In this document: one piece after another, positions 28,301 through 39,784 of the stretch
Layout: every line of letters starts with the position of its first letter
How positions within the stretch are numbered: position 1 is the first letter of the stretch
Source of the DNA: Squalus acanthias
Lineage: Eukaryota
Assembly: GCA_030390025.1 (NCBI GenBank)
Contig: CM059431.1
Location: forward strand, 118,670,001 to 118,734,000
Direction of reading: 5' to 3'
DNA length: 64,000 bases
Translations under genes and position numbers: made by a program
Notes under the pieces: model-generated
Databases searched by the model: none
What the model was told of the DNA's origin: nothing
The model's input: only the letters and a program-made list of their open reading frames with translations

Positions 28301-28887
28301 TGTTTAATTCCCAGGCATTGTCACCCTGCAGCCATGTTTCTGTAATGGCCACAATATCATAACCATATGTAGTTATTTGTGCCATTAACTCGTCTATTTT
28401 GTTACGAATGCTACGTGCATTCAGATAGAGAACTTTCAAATATGCTTTGTGGCACTTAGTTCCTGCTTTTTCACTTTTTACCAGTTTACCTTTTACTCCA
28501 CACACTCTGTCCCTTCCTGCCACGCTCTGATTTGTGATTCCCCTACTGCTACCTATGTCTATGACCCTCTCTGTTGTCATTTTTATTTTTTGCTCTCTTG
28601 AAACCTCCCCCCCACTAATTAGTTTAAAGCCCTCTCCACAGCCCTAGTTATTCGATTCGCCAGGACACTAGTCCCAGCACTGGCCAAGTGAAGTCCGTCC
28701 CAACGGAACAGCTCTCTCCTGCCCCAGTACTGGTGCCAGTGTCCCAAGAAGCAAAACCCATTTTTCCCACACCAGTCTTTGAGCCACGCATTCAACTCCC
28801 TGATTTTATTTACCCTAGCCAAATTTGCTCGTGGCTCAGGTAGTAATCCAGAGATTATTACCCTCGAGGTTCTGCTTTTTAATTTGG
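25392..28887 (-). mobile_element. Young CR1 LINE: ORF1 esterase C-terminus plus near-intact ORF2
   Basis: ORF1 end (VIISGLLP...WDGLHL, stop at 28619); ORF2 from 28580; possible TSD GCCT. Confidence 0.95.
25621..28580 (-). pseudogene. CR1 ORF2 (APE endonuclease + RT), single frameshift
   Basis: 118-aa and 844-aa ORFs join into 983 aa when the 8-bp duplication at 28219-28226 is removed; YLNARS, ITETW, GDFN, SDH and FADD motifs present. Confidence 0.93.
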
Positions 28888-29326
28888 CCTCTTCCTCTAC
28901 TGTAAATACTGACGCAAAGTAAACATTCAACTTGTCCTCCATTTCCTTATTTTCATTTACAATATCATCGTTTCAGTTTTCAAGGGGCCCACATTGCTCC
29001 GACCACCCTCTTTTTCCTAATATAATTGTAAAACATTTTTGTGTTGATTTTGATATCCCTTGCAAACTCTCCTGATGTCCCTCAAACAACATCACTAAAA
29101 CAAATTATTTGGTTATTATCACATTGCTCTTTGTGGGAGCTTGCTGTGTACAAATTGGCTGCCGCATTTCCCTACATTACAACCGTGACTACACTTCAAA
29201 AGTATTTAATTAGCTGTTATGTGCTTTGAGACGTCTTCAGGTCATGAAAGGCGCTATATAAATGCTAGTTTTTTCTACTTTCTTTCTTGAAGAGCAGAGG
29301 GTGAGGCCTGGGACATATAGCATGAC

Positions 29327-29463
29327 CTTCAATGTATCTTGGCTCCCAATAATATGCTCGGTAACTAAAATCATAATATGCATCACAATCTGTATTTTTG
29401 GTGCTTTTGTTGCAAAACTACTTCGAATAAATTATCTGAACAGCAAAAAAGCCAATTACAAAT
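29327..29463 (-). pseudogene. Exon of the decayed host gene
   Basis: GTTTTTTTTTAG acceptor; phase-0 frame ICNWLFCCSDNLFEVVLQQKH; weak donor AAG|GTCATG. Confidence 0.5.
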
Positions 29464-29696
29464 CTAAAAAAAAACATAACAATGAAAGGACTTCGACAGA
29501 GGTTATAAGGTTGAAGTAAATCTTTCACAATGCAGAAAAATTATCAATGCACACACTGTCACTTCCATCTGTCAATCATGGGCTAAATTCAAACATTCAA
29601 GGTTTTCAATATCAACAGCATGAGATAGAGCTCATTCCAAAGAATTCTGCCCTAATTTGACTCTCGTCCATTCCTTTAGCGATTGTTCAACAATGA

Positions 29697-29950
29697 AAAC
29701 ATAAGAACATAAGAAATAAGAGCAGGAGTAGGCCATACAGCCCCTCAAGCTTGCTCTGCCATTCAATAAGATCATGGCTGATCTCCTACCACAACTCCAC
29801 TTTCCCACCCTATCCCCATATCCCTTGATTCTCCGAGTCCAAAAATCTATCGATCTCAGCTTTGACTATATTCAACGACTGAACATCCACAGCCCTCTGG
29901 GGTAGAGAATTCCAAAGATTCACAACACTTTGAGTGAAGAAGTTTCTCCT
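29697..29950 (-). mobile_element. CR1 3' end
   Basis: AACATAAGAACATAAGAAATAAGAGCAGGAGTAGGCC tail. Confidence 0.85.
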
Positions 29951-30791
29951 CAACACAATCCAAATAAAAATGCATTGCATAATGGGTCAAAGACCAACCA
30001 AAGATAATTTCAAAACTCCGTTCAAAATAAGGAGTGGAACTCTCAGAGGGAAAAACAAAAACAATACTGAGCCACAAGTGCTGAGCAACACCCGATATCT
30101 CACCCAAGCAGCTCCAGTTGTGAGAGATGATAAAATCAATTGGGCGCTGCCACAGCAGGTACACCTACACAGTTGCCATGGTATCCCTGTGAAGAAGCAC
30201 ACAGCCACAAGCTTCCACACCCTTCGGTGTCTCCCAAATCCTGTTAGAAATATTCACCCATTCGTAGATTTTACCTTCACCACAGCAGCAGGGGCCCTGA
30301 TGATGAGGAAGAGGAGGAAGATTATGATGAGGAGGAGGAGAAGCAGGAGTCTACACAAAGGTGGGGGTGGAGTGGGTACGGTTTGCAGGGAAATCACATT
30401 CGGATTGGAGAGAGGTCTTGGGATCACTTTATGCGATCAGGGGGGATGCCGTGTCTGAGGATTTCCCCGAAGAGCTGGAGGGATACCGAGATTGAGGAGG
30501 CCAAAGGACTCCTTGCCGGGCCTGGGGGGAGCACTCCTGCTCTTCCTGGCCCATAATGAGTTCAAAAAAGGGAACGTTTTAAACTTACCATGGTCTCCTC
30601 TGGCCAGTCAGCTCCTCCCAGCATGCTTCTGCTGCTGGGCAGCAAATATCATGGGAGACCCCCAACCTTGACGTTAATGTTATCTTGCAGCGCTAATGAC
30701 ATCTTCGGGCTGTGACTTTTGAATCTGAAGTCGATCCCACCTGCTTTTAGTGGGAGCCTCGTTCAGTGCCTGAATCGCCGCCAATAATATT

Positions 30792-31568
30792 GGCCCAGAT
30801 TTTGCTGTGAGCGGCGAAGGAACAGCTTTTGACATTCACCTCGTGAACAGTTTACCCAGAGGCTTTTCGCAGGCTTGTCAGCAGAGATTTCTAGTAATAG
30901 GATGTCTGAGCCAGTGCGGTGCCCTCTACAGGGGATCGGTGGCATCTGTGAGCAGGCAAGCAGCAGGGAGGCTCTTCAACCAATCTGATTGAAGAATCGT
31001 CACTGAGACACAAACAGACTGCAAAGCAGGAAGTAAAAAACAGGAAACATAAATTACATTTAAATCATTTTACAGGAAATGAAATAAAGATTGGAACATA
31101 TACATGGGATTAAGGGAGAGACATAAAAGACAAAAACAGTAAAAAAAAAAGTTTTTTTAATTTTAATTTGTTTACAAACCTGCACTATTAATTTTCTTCT
31201 GAGGGAATGAAACTCCACACTTGTAAAATTAATTTTTCAGGGCCAGAGAGGTTGTTCAGCTGTAGTTATCACTAATTACACCGTTAAAAACAGTTACTCC
31301 TAATTGCACTAACCCTAACTGTTTCATCCGTCATTAGTGTGAGACTAGTTATCCTAAGTTCATGCCATTACAGTGATTTCTGTGCAGATTCAATCGGTGA
31401 AGAGTGCAACAACACAGCCTGTGGAGGATCAGGGTATCACTGACAGCAACTTCCAGATTTCCGCATCTAACTGCGCATGTACAGATGTCACAAGTTGCTG
31501 TCAGTTTTACCATTTAATAACGGTGAGCATGACAGTCTCACCGCTATTAGTACAGCAAAATCCAGGCC
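30792..31568. mobile_element. Harbinger-type MITE
   Basis: TIRs GGCCCAGATTTTGCTGT / ACAGCAAAATCCAGGCC; flanks ATT/AGT. Confidence 0.75.
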
Positions 31569-31789
31569 AGTATGATGACTGGGAATGTGGTGGGTTGGAG
31601 GCGGGATTTTGAATTTCAGGAATTTATCCCCTTATCCAACTCTTCCCTATCTATCGGTATGAGGGAGGAGAAGGGATTAAAATCAGGGCGGGAGGATTCT
31701 TAGCATGTTGTCACACACAATGTGGAAATAGAGTGAGTGATAGCCCTTTCTGTTGAGGAAGTTGATGGGATTAACTGTAGGAGCTTGCA

Positions 31790-32892
31790 AAGCAATGTTA
31801 GTGGCCTCTATTGCATCCTACTACTTGGGAAAGCCAATGACCCTGCTGCTAGCTTGCTGTGATAAAGTCCCCAGCTTTGTAGAAACATGCATCAGATGCA
31901 TGATACATACTCTCCCAAATACATCTTGTCTGATACTGGACAGATCCTCCATGGCTTCCTGAGGTGACCCAGTGCCATAAAGATTGAGTGCAGTCATGAT
32001 CTTCACAGCAAGACAGAGCTGTGTTGTCAGAGGACCCTGAACACATGGAGGGAATTTTCCCAGCCCTGGGGAGGCGGTTATGGAGGCAGGACTGCCGGGA
32101 AAATGGCAGAAACTGGGAGCGGGTACCGAACCCACTCCCAACCCGCCTCCGTGCCATCTTCCCGGGAGGCGGGTCCCTGACTTGCGCAGGGACCTGTCTC
32201 CTCTAGGCGGGAAGGGGATTAGAGCCAATTAACTGCCTGTTAACAGGTAGTTAACAGGCAGTTTTGAGGCTTATCTCCATTTTGCCCCTGCAAGTGTAGG
32301 CTTCCCGACAGCTGCGAACCTCGCCAGGGTCAGCGAGGCGAGCAGTGGGTCTGCGGGGGTGAGAGGGATCGAAAAGTCCACTGTGGAGGTGAGTGATGGG
32401 TGCAAGTGTGGAGAGGTAAGTATGGGAGGTGAGTGTAAAATGTTAGAAAAAGTTTACTTACCTTTGCTTCTTCCTGCAGGCTTCAACCCTTGGGAATCCG
32501 GAGGTGCCTCATCTCAATGGCAGAGATGACAGAATGGCTGCTGCATTCTCAGATGCAGCAGCCATCTGATTTCTGTTGAAGAAAGAGGTTTTGGTGAGCC
32601 TCTGCGCATGGGCTCACTTTAGAACAGAGATTGTCAGTGTTTGACAGCTTCTCAAAGCTGCCAAAAGCTGCCAATTCATCTGTCAAAGATTTTGAGACAG
32701 ATGAAACGTCATACGCTGACGTCCTCTGTCACCGGCTTTCCCTTAATTGGTCGGTAAGCCCGCAGGGCGGGCTTAACAAGGTCAATCAAGGGAAAACAGC
32801 GTGGGTTGGCTGGACGTCATTGGGGGTGGGACTGAAACCCGACAACCAGCAGTCCCGCCCCCAACACGCCCCCATTGACAAAATCCAGCCCC
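31790..32892 (-). mobile_element. Degenerate Harbinger transposase remnant and adjacent non-autonomous element
   Basis: AVKIMTALNLYGTGSPQ in ORF 31821..32228; terminus AAAATCCAGCCC. Confidence 0.5.
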
Positions 32893-32916
32893 ATGTAACA
32901 GTTAAATGAAAAAAAA

Positions 32917-33350
32917 AGACTTGCATTTATATAGCACCTTTCAGGACCTCAGGACGCCCCAAAGCGTTTTACAGCCAATTAAGTACTGTTGAAGTGAAGT
33001 CACTGTTGTAATGTAGAGAACACGATAGCCAATTTGCACACAGCAAGCTCCCACAGACAGCAACGTGATAATAACCAGATAATCTTTTTTTATTGATGTT
33101 GGTTGAGGGATAGATCTTGGCCAGGACACAGAGGAGAACTCTCATGCTTTTCTTCGAAGTAGTGTATGGAATCTTTTACATCTACCTGAGAGGCAGATGG
33201 GGCCTTGGTTTAACATCTCATCTGAAAGACTCCTCAGTGCTGCACTGGCGCATTAGTCTAGACTTTGTGCTCAAGTCTCTAGAGTGGGATTTGAACCCAC
33301 ATCCTTCAGACTCAGTGGCAAAAGTGCGACCACTGAGTCACAGCTGACAC
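32917..33350 (-). mobile_element. tRNA-derived Deu-domain SINE (SacSINE1-like), near full length
   Basis: A/B-box head, Deu-like core, L2-type tail. Confidence 0.8.
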
Positions 33351-33554
33351 CTCACAGTTCCCCTATTGCCACGTAGTCTTCTAACACAGATTTCCTCACT
33401 AAGCTCTTTATAGGATCTGTAATGCGTGTACATTATTTGGGGAGGCAGATTCTCCTCATATGATGACTTAGTCTCCTTTTCTCCATCGTCTCCTGCTCCT
33501 ACTCTTCCTCCGTAACAATAGCAAAGAAAAGTATGTGCATTGGAAATCTTATAC

Positions 33555-33617
33555 CTGCTCCTAAGAAGCTCTATGTATAGGGGTCCCACCAGCAGTGAGA
33601 AACAAGTCCAGCACTGT
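33555..33617 (-). pseudogene. Exon of the decayed host gene (63 nt)
   Basis: TTTGCCCCAG acceptor, CAG|GTATAA donor; TVLDLFLTAGGTPIHRAS*EQ. Confidence 0.6.
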
Positions 33618-33778
33618 CTGGGGGCAAAGTAACAAAATATATATAATTGAAAAGATAGTAATTGGTTGACCAAGTTTAGCCAATCTTCAGTCTCAAAAGT
33701 TCTTGCGGGTATTATTTGACCCTGGTACCAAGTGCATTTTGTAGTTAAGTTACCTTTAGAGCATTATAAATGTATTTT

Positions 33779-34043
33779 ATAAGAACATAAGAACATAAGA
33801 AATAGGAGCAGGAGTAGGCCAATCGGCCCTTCGAGCCTGCTCCGCCATTCAATAAGATCACGGCTGATCTGATCCTCACCTCAAATCTAAAGAACACAAG
33901 AAGTAGGAGCAGGACCTGGCCACTCAGCCCCTGGGCCCGCTACGCCACCCACAGGGCCTCGACCGATCCGAACTCAGCCTCATGTCCAATTTCCAGCCCG
34001 CTCCCCATAACCCCTAATTCCCTTTACTTCTAGGAAACTGTCT
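33779..34043 (-). mobile_element. CR1 3' end with duplicated tail
   Basis: Closely similar to 25392-25685. Confidence 0.85.
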
Positions 34044-34587
34044 AGAAGCTTGGTGCACCAGTGTGTAATGGATTCCGTTCCCTTCCTCCTTACAATGTTT
34101 CTTGGACCCTGGAATTACAAGAACTGAATACACGCGACAAACAGGTTTTGGCTCAACCTTAAATTCGATAGTTTATTTAAACCAACAAAACCACAGTACA
34201 AACCCCTTTTATGATTGATTTGACTGAAACTTAATTATTACAAATAAATACAAACCCCTTTTATGATTTGACTGAAATTTACAATCACCCACACGGCTGG
34301 TTGTTACCGGTGTTGATTGTAGGCATGGATCCAGAGATGACCGATCTCCGTCCTTCTTCACCTGACTGCAGTGCCCATGCTCCAATGTTATCCTTTCTTA
34401 TAGTGGCCCAGTCATGCTATCACACACACCTGGGCCTCAGGCATAGATTCAGTTAACAGCCGGCTGGAATGCCTGGTCTTCACATCTCGTTATCTTGTTC
34501 TTCCAATCTCCTGAGCTATGCAGAACTGCTAGGTCAGAGACAACTCCTTATCTCATCCCCTGCTGTTTACACAGCAGAAAGATAATG

Positions 34588-35394
34588 CAACACATGCCCT
34601 TATACCTCCGCTCTTCCCACTGTCCAGGGCCCCAAACACCCCTTCCAGGTGAAACAGTGATTTACTTGTACTTCCTGCAATTTAGTATACTGTATTCGCT
34701 GCTCACGATGTGGTCTCCTCTACATTGGGGAGACCAAACGCAGATTGGGTGACCGCTTTGCGGAACACCTCCGTTCAGTCCGTAAGGGGGACCCTGAGCT
34801 CCGGTGGCCTGTCACTTTAATTCTCCGCTCCACTCCCACTCTGACCTCACCGTCCTCGGCCTATTACACTGTTCCACGGAAGCTCAGCGTAAGCTCGAGG
34901 AACAGCACCTCATCTTTCATTTAGGCACCCTACAGCCCTCTGGACTCAACATCGAGTTCAACAATTTTAGATCATAACCTCGACCACCATCACATTTATA
35001 TATATTTTTTTTTAACCACCCTTTTGTTTGGCCCCCCACCCTTTTTTTTCCCCTCCCAGAAGCTGGCAGCTGTCCTTCATTCTGCCAGTGTATTTCACAC
35101 TTCATTTAGCCTCAACCTGTTACATCAACACCTCCTCTTGCCTTGATTATCTCTTAATGTCTCTCTATGTCTCTTAATCTCTCCTTTTGTTCTTCCACCC
35201 CCTCCCCCTTTTCCCAGCTTTATATTTGCTTTAAATCTATTTCATTTCCTGCTTTTTTCCAGTTCTGACGAAGGGTTTCGACCTGAAACGTTAACTCTGT
35301 TTCTCTCTCCACAGATGCTGCCTGGCCTGCTGAGTTTTTCCAGCGTTTTCTGTTGTTATTTCGGATTTCCAGCATCCGCAGTATTTTGCTATCG
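34588..35394 (+). mobile_element. Penelope-like 3' fragment (GIY-YIG C-terminus + UTR)
   Basis: LVYCIRCSRCGLLYIGETKRRLGDRFAEHL; flanked by direct repeat AGAAAGATAATG. Confidence 0.88.
35261..35296 (+). ncRNA. Minimal type I hammerhead ribozyme motif
   Basis: AGTT-CTGACGA-A-GGGT(TTCG)ACCT-GAAA-CG-TT-AACT. Confidence 0.8.
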
Positions 35395-35895
35395 AGAAAG
35401 ATAATGTGATTCCCCTTACGGTGATGGGTGCTTAGCTCATAGCATTGTTCAGGTGCATATGCTTCTTCCATTCTTGTCAGGAACTGATCGTTGTTCATAA
35501 TTGCAGTCAACTTGTGGCATTGTCCAGTTGTTAATGTTCTCCAAACCGATCATGAATCAGGGTTTCAGGTAACTCATTCCCTCTGTACATTGAGGTTAAC
35601 TGTTTCATGTCCTTCAAGTGTCACTGGCCCTTATTTACATTTATTTAAATGCATTTAACTTAAATTTAGTGCCAATCGTGGCTCAGTTGGTAGCACTTTC
35701 GGCTCTGAGTCACAAGGTCGTGGGTTCAAGTCCCACTCCAGAGATTTGAGCACAAAATCTAGGCTGACACTACAGTGCCGTACTGAGGGAGAGCTGCACT
35801 GTTGGAGATTCCGTCTTTCAGATGAGATGTTAAACTGACGTCTGACTACCCGGATGGACGTAAAAGATACTATGGCACTATTTCAAAGAAGAGCG

Positions 35896-36546
35896 CTGCT
35901 CACGATGTGGTCTCCTCTACATTGGGGAGACCAAACGCAGATTGGGTGACTGCTTTGCGGAACACCTCCGTTCAGTCCGTAAGGGGGACCCCAAGCTCCC
36001 GGTGGCCTGTCACTTTAATTCACCGCTTCACTCCCACTCTGACCTCACCGTCCTCGGCCTATTACACTGTTCCACGGAAGCGCAGCGTAAGCTCGAGGAA
36101 CAGCACCTCATCTTTCGTTTAGGCACGCTACAGCCCTCTGGACTCAATATCGAGTTCAACAATTTTAGATCATAACCTCAGCTCCAATCACATTTATATT
36201 TTATTTTTTCCACCCTTTTATTTGCCCCCCCCACCTTCTTTTTCCTCCTAGAAGCTGGCAGCTGTCCTTCATTCTGCCAGTGGATTTCACACTTCTTTCA
36301 GCCTTAATCTGTCACATTAACACCACCTCTAGCCTTGCATATCTCTTAATGTCTCTTCATCTCCCCCTTTGTTCTTTTATCCCCTCCCCCTTTTCCCAGC
36401 TTTACTCTGGCCTTAAATCTATTTGATTTCCGGCTCTTCACAGTTCTGACGAAAGGTCATCGACCTGAAACGTTAACTCTCTTTCTCTCTCCACGGATGC
36501 TGCCTGGCCTGCTGAGTTTTTCCAACGTTTTCTGTTGTTATTTCAG
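35896..36546 (+). mobile_element. Penelope-like 3' fragment
   Basis: ORF 35942..36175; highly similar to 34698-35365. Confidence 0.88.
36442..36478 (+). ncRNA. Minimal type I hammerhead ribozyme motif
   Basis: AGTT-CTGACGA-A-AGGTC(ATC)GACCT-GAAA-CG-TT-AACT. Confidence 0.8.
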
Positions 36547-36780
36547 TTATCCCTGGTGTCCTGGCCAATATTTATCCCTCAATCAACATCAAAAGCAGAT
36601 AATCTGGTCATTACCACATTGTTGTTTGTGGGACCTTGTCGTGCACAAATTGGCTGCCGCATTTCCTACATTACAACAGTGACTACACTTCAAAAGTGCT
36701 TTGGGATGTCCTGAGGTCGTGAAAGGCACTATATAAATGGAAATCTGTCAGTCTGTCTGTCTTTCTTTCTTTCTTTCTCT

Positions 36781-37886
36781 GCATAGAGGATTGGTTAACA
36801 GACAGAAAACAGAGAGTTGGGATAAACAGGCCATTTTCCGATTTGGCAGACTGTAACTAGTGGGGTGCCGCAAGGATCACTGGGTGGGCCTCAGCTATTT
36901 ACAATCTATATTAATGACTTTAATGACTTAGATGAAGGGACCAAAGGCATTGTATCCATGTTTGCTGATGATACAAAGCTAGGTGGGAAAGTCATCTGTG
37001 AGGAGGACACAAAGAGCCTGCAAAGGGATATAGACAGGTTAAGTGAGTGGGCAATAAGGTGGCAGATGGAGTATAATGTGAGGAAATGTGAGGTTATTCA
37101 TTTTGGTAGGAAGAATAGAAAAACAGAATATTTTTTAAATGGTGAGAAACTATGAAATGTTGTTGTTCAGAGAGATTTGGGTGTCCTCATACAGGAAACA
37201 CAGAGAGTTAGCATGCAGGTACAGCAAGCAATTAGGATGGCAAATGGCATGTTGGTCCTTATAGCCAGGGGTTTGGAGTACAAGAGTAAGGAAGTCTTGC
37301 TACAATTTTACAGGGCTTTGGTGAGACCACACTTAGAGTACTGTGCACAGTTTTGGTCTCCTTATCTGAGGAAGGATATACTCGCCTTAGAGGCGGTGCA
37401 ATGAAGGTTCACTAGATTGATTTCTGGAATGAGAAGGTTGTCCTATGAGGAGAGATTGAGTAGTTTGGGCCTATACTCTCTAGAGTTTAGAAGAATGAGA
37501 GTTGATATCATTGAAGCACATAAGATTCTGATGGGGGGATTGACAGGGTAGATGGTGAGAGTTTGTTTTTCCTGGGTGGAGAATCTAGAATAGGGGCATA
37601 GTCTCAGGATAAGGGGTCGGCCATTTAAGACTGAGATGAGGAGGAATTTCTTCACTCAGAGGGTTGTGAATCTTTGGAATTCTCCACCCCATAGGGCTGT
37701 GGATGCTGAATCATTGAGTATATTCAAGGCTTAGATAGATAGATTTTTGGACTCTAGGGGAATCAAGGGATATGGAGATCGGGCAGGAAAGTGGAGTTGA
37801 GGCCGAAGATCAGCCATGATCTTATTGAATGGTGGAACAGGCTCAAGGGGCCATATGGCCTACTCCTGCTCCTAATTCTTATGTTT
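36781..37886 (+). mobile_element. CR1 3' fragment, degenerate
   Basis: PQGS, FADDTKL and LVRPHLEYC motifs with stops; CR1 tail. Confidence 0.9.
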
Positions 37887-38202
37887 CTTGTGGGACTCAG
37901 TGGCCAGATTGTGGGGAAAGGCCAAAATGTAATCGCAAATTCGAGTGCTTTAGGGTGGAATACTGGCAGCAATTGCTTCAACCCCAATTACCAGATCAGG
38001 AAAAACATTTGCCTAACTTTAGGCCACAGAAACACTGACAATGGCGTGAGATTTCAGGGCCTTGATTACAAACATTACTATGATAATTTGAGGCAAGCAT
38101 ACTGAGCCAGCTGACCATTCATCTACAAAAGGTGTTCTGGTGATTAATAAAACAGATGTTCTCAATAATAAAGCCTGTCAAACAATCTATGTATCTTTGT
38201 AC

Positions 38203-38260
38203 CTGCTGTTTCAGAAAGGACCACTGACAAAGATTCTGTTAATGTAAACTGATCTAACTT
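38203..38260 (-). pseudogene. Exon of the decayed host gene (58 nt)
   Basis: TCTCATTTCCTTCAG acceptor, CAG|GTAC donor; open frame KLDQFTLTESLSVVLSETA. Confidence 0.6.
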
Positions 38261-38414
38261 CTGAAGGAAATGAGACCATTAACCCGATAGTGCGATCCTG
38301 TCTCCTAGCAACAAAATTGCAAGATCAGTTAACCCAAGTCTCTAGTTTAAGAGTTTTGAATTTTCAGGTCAAACAACTCACTACCACAGTGAACACAAGA
38401 AAGAAAATATTTAC

Positions 38415-38463
38415 TTCTGACAGAGAAAGAATAATTTCCATATCCTGATATGTGTTGCCAGAG
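38415..38463 (-). pseudogene. Exon of the decayed host gene (49 nt)
   Basis: TTGTTTTAACAG acceptor, GAA|GTAAAT donor; SGNTYQDMEIILSLSE. Confidence 0.6.
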
Positions 38464-38483
38464 CTGTTAAAACAATGAAAGTC

Positions 38484-38718
38484 AGAGGGTGGTGAACCTA
38501 TGGAATTCTCTACCACAGAAGGCTGTGGAGGCCAAGTCACTGAATATATTTAAGAAGGAGATAGATAGGTTTCTCGACACAAAAGGCATCAAGGGGTATG
38601 GGGAGAGAGCGGGAATATGGTATTGAGATAGAGGATCAGCCATGATCATATTGAATGGCGGAGCAGGCTCGAAGGGCCGAATGGCCTACTCCTGCTGCTA
38701 TTTTTCTATGTTTCTATG
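38484..38718 (+). mobile_element. CR1 3' end
   Basis: RVVNLWNSLPQ coding end; (TTTCTATG)n tail. Confidence 0.88.
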
Positions 38719-39008
38719 AAAGCAAGAAAGCAAAGAAGATACTTTGGCATAACATAAATGGATCATGTTATATTTGCATAAATGAAACTATTTCACAGTA
38801 CAGAGATACTAATATTTGTGTTATCAGGAAAAAACTATACAATTGACTCTTTTTTTGTTATCCTTCCCACTATGCACCATTGTATCCTGGAAAAGCCAGA
38901 ACAACTATAATCTGTCTCTCAAAAGGCTTTCACAAAAAAACACAATTCCCATTATCATTCACCTCTATTATTGTCGTAATAAACTGCAATCTTGTTCTCC
39001 CCATATAC

Positions 39009-39221
39009 AACAGTAAGTGCTGGAAGCACGCAGCAGGTCTGTCAGTATCTGAAAAGCGAAAGTTAGGTTAACATTTCAGGTGCAGATCCTTCTGCAGAAT
39101 TCGTCAGAGTTCTGGAGAAAAGTCTATTTTCGAAACGTTAACCAATTTTTTTCTCTTTTCAGATACTGATAGGCATACTATGCAATTCTAGCAGTTCCTG
39201 TTTCATTTCAGATTTACAGCA
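39009..39221. repeat. Inverted pair of Penelope-type termini with two decayed hammerhead cores
   Basis: Arms resemble 35261-35375 in opposite orientations. Confidence 0.6.
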
Positions 39222-39290
39222 ACTTTTTTTTCTTTTTATCTCTATGTTCTGCCCAATTATAGCTGTAAACTCAGTGTGTAATTCTTTAAC

Positions 39291-39597
39291 CTATGTGAGC
39301 CAACACAGTCAGACGTCTACATCCCGATATGCAGTTGCCTCCAAATGAGGATCTGTTACATCAAAGTGCTCTTATTGTTATCACCATATCACTGGGGATA
39401 TACTTTTGCTGTAATTGTCCTCCTGAATGCCCTTAATCTGTGATTAGTTTGCACTCTCTGAATGCAAGATTTATAAAAGATTTACAACTGTATTCTGGGA
39501 AAACTTTCACTGAACCTGTCACAATTGAATTCACGTAATATCAAAGAGCAACCTCTCTTTTGATAATTCAACTAATCCCCGGGTTAGTTCCTTTTCC
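39291..39597 (-). pseudogene. Exon of the decayed host gene (one frameshift, stops)
   Basis: Phase-compatible with both neighbours; EKELTRGLVELSKERLL~ILREFNCDRFSESFPRIQL...ILIWRQLHIG. Confidence 0.5.
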
Positions 39598-39784
39598 CTG
39601 GTCTCAACAGTTTTATTAAATGTTTTAGATTAAACAAGTAATTCCTTCCCTTCTTAATTATGTCTCTTGATAATTAAAATCAGTCGCATGAATTACAGTT
39701 TGCTACCAGAAAATAGCATATATGAGAGAACTCTAAACTATGTGGAAAGTTAATTCTCAATTCTATTCTTATTCTCAGTCATAC

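Larger units (their letters stand above)
22681..29065 (-). mobile_element. Old degenerate CR1 (pieces 22681-23988, 24307-24582, 25326-25391, 28888-29065)
   Basis: ORFs 22677..23276 and 23294..23896 (RT with FANDTK); sequence resumes after each younger insertion. Confidence 0.85.
22463..29265 (+). mobile_element. Deu-domain SINE split into 22463-22676 and 29068-29265 by a nest of CR1 insertions
   Basis: Head and core on the left, tail on the right; together they match the uninterrupted copy at 32917-33350. Confidence 0.7.
34064..35420 (-). mobile_element. Probable solo LTR (~540 bp) carrying a Penelope insertion
   Basis: TGTAATGGA...TCCCCTTAC(G) inverted ends; TATA and AATAAA on minus strand; TSD ambiguous. 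Confidence 0.5.
33754..35582 (-). pseudogene. Exon of the decayed host gene interrupted by CR1, LTR and Penelope insertions
   Basis: Acceptor TGTACAG before 35582, donor AAG|GTAAC after 33754; frame can be rejoined across the insertions. Confidence 0.55.
35668..36742 (+). mobile_element. Deu-domain SINE split by a Penelope fragment
   Basis: Head and core 35668-35895, tail 36547-36742. Confidence 0.75.

Noticed and set aside
38203..38260. GNAT-like reading VYINRIFVSGPF in an alternative frame
   Set aside because: That frame has a stop here and more stops in neighbouring exons; the stop-free frame chains better
39353..39403. 51-nt GT-AG mini-intron
   Set aside because: Too short for a typical vertebrate intron and a multiple of 3; treated as part of one exon
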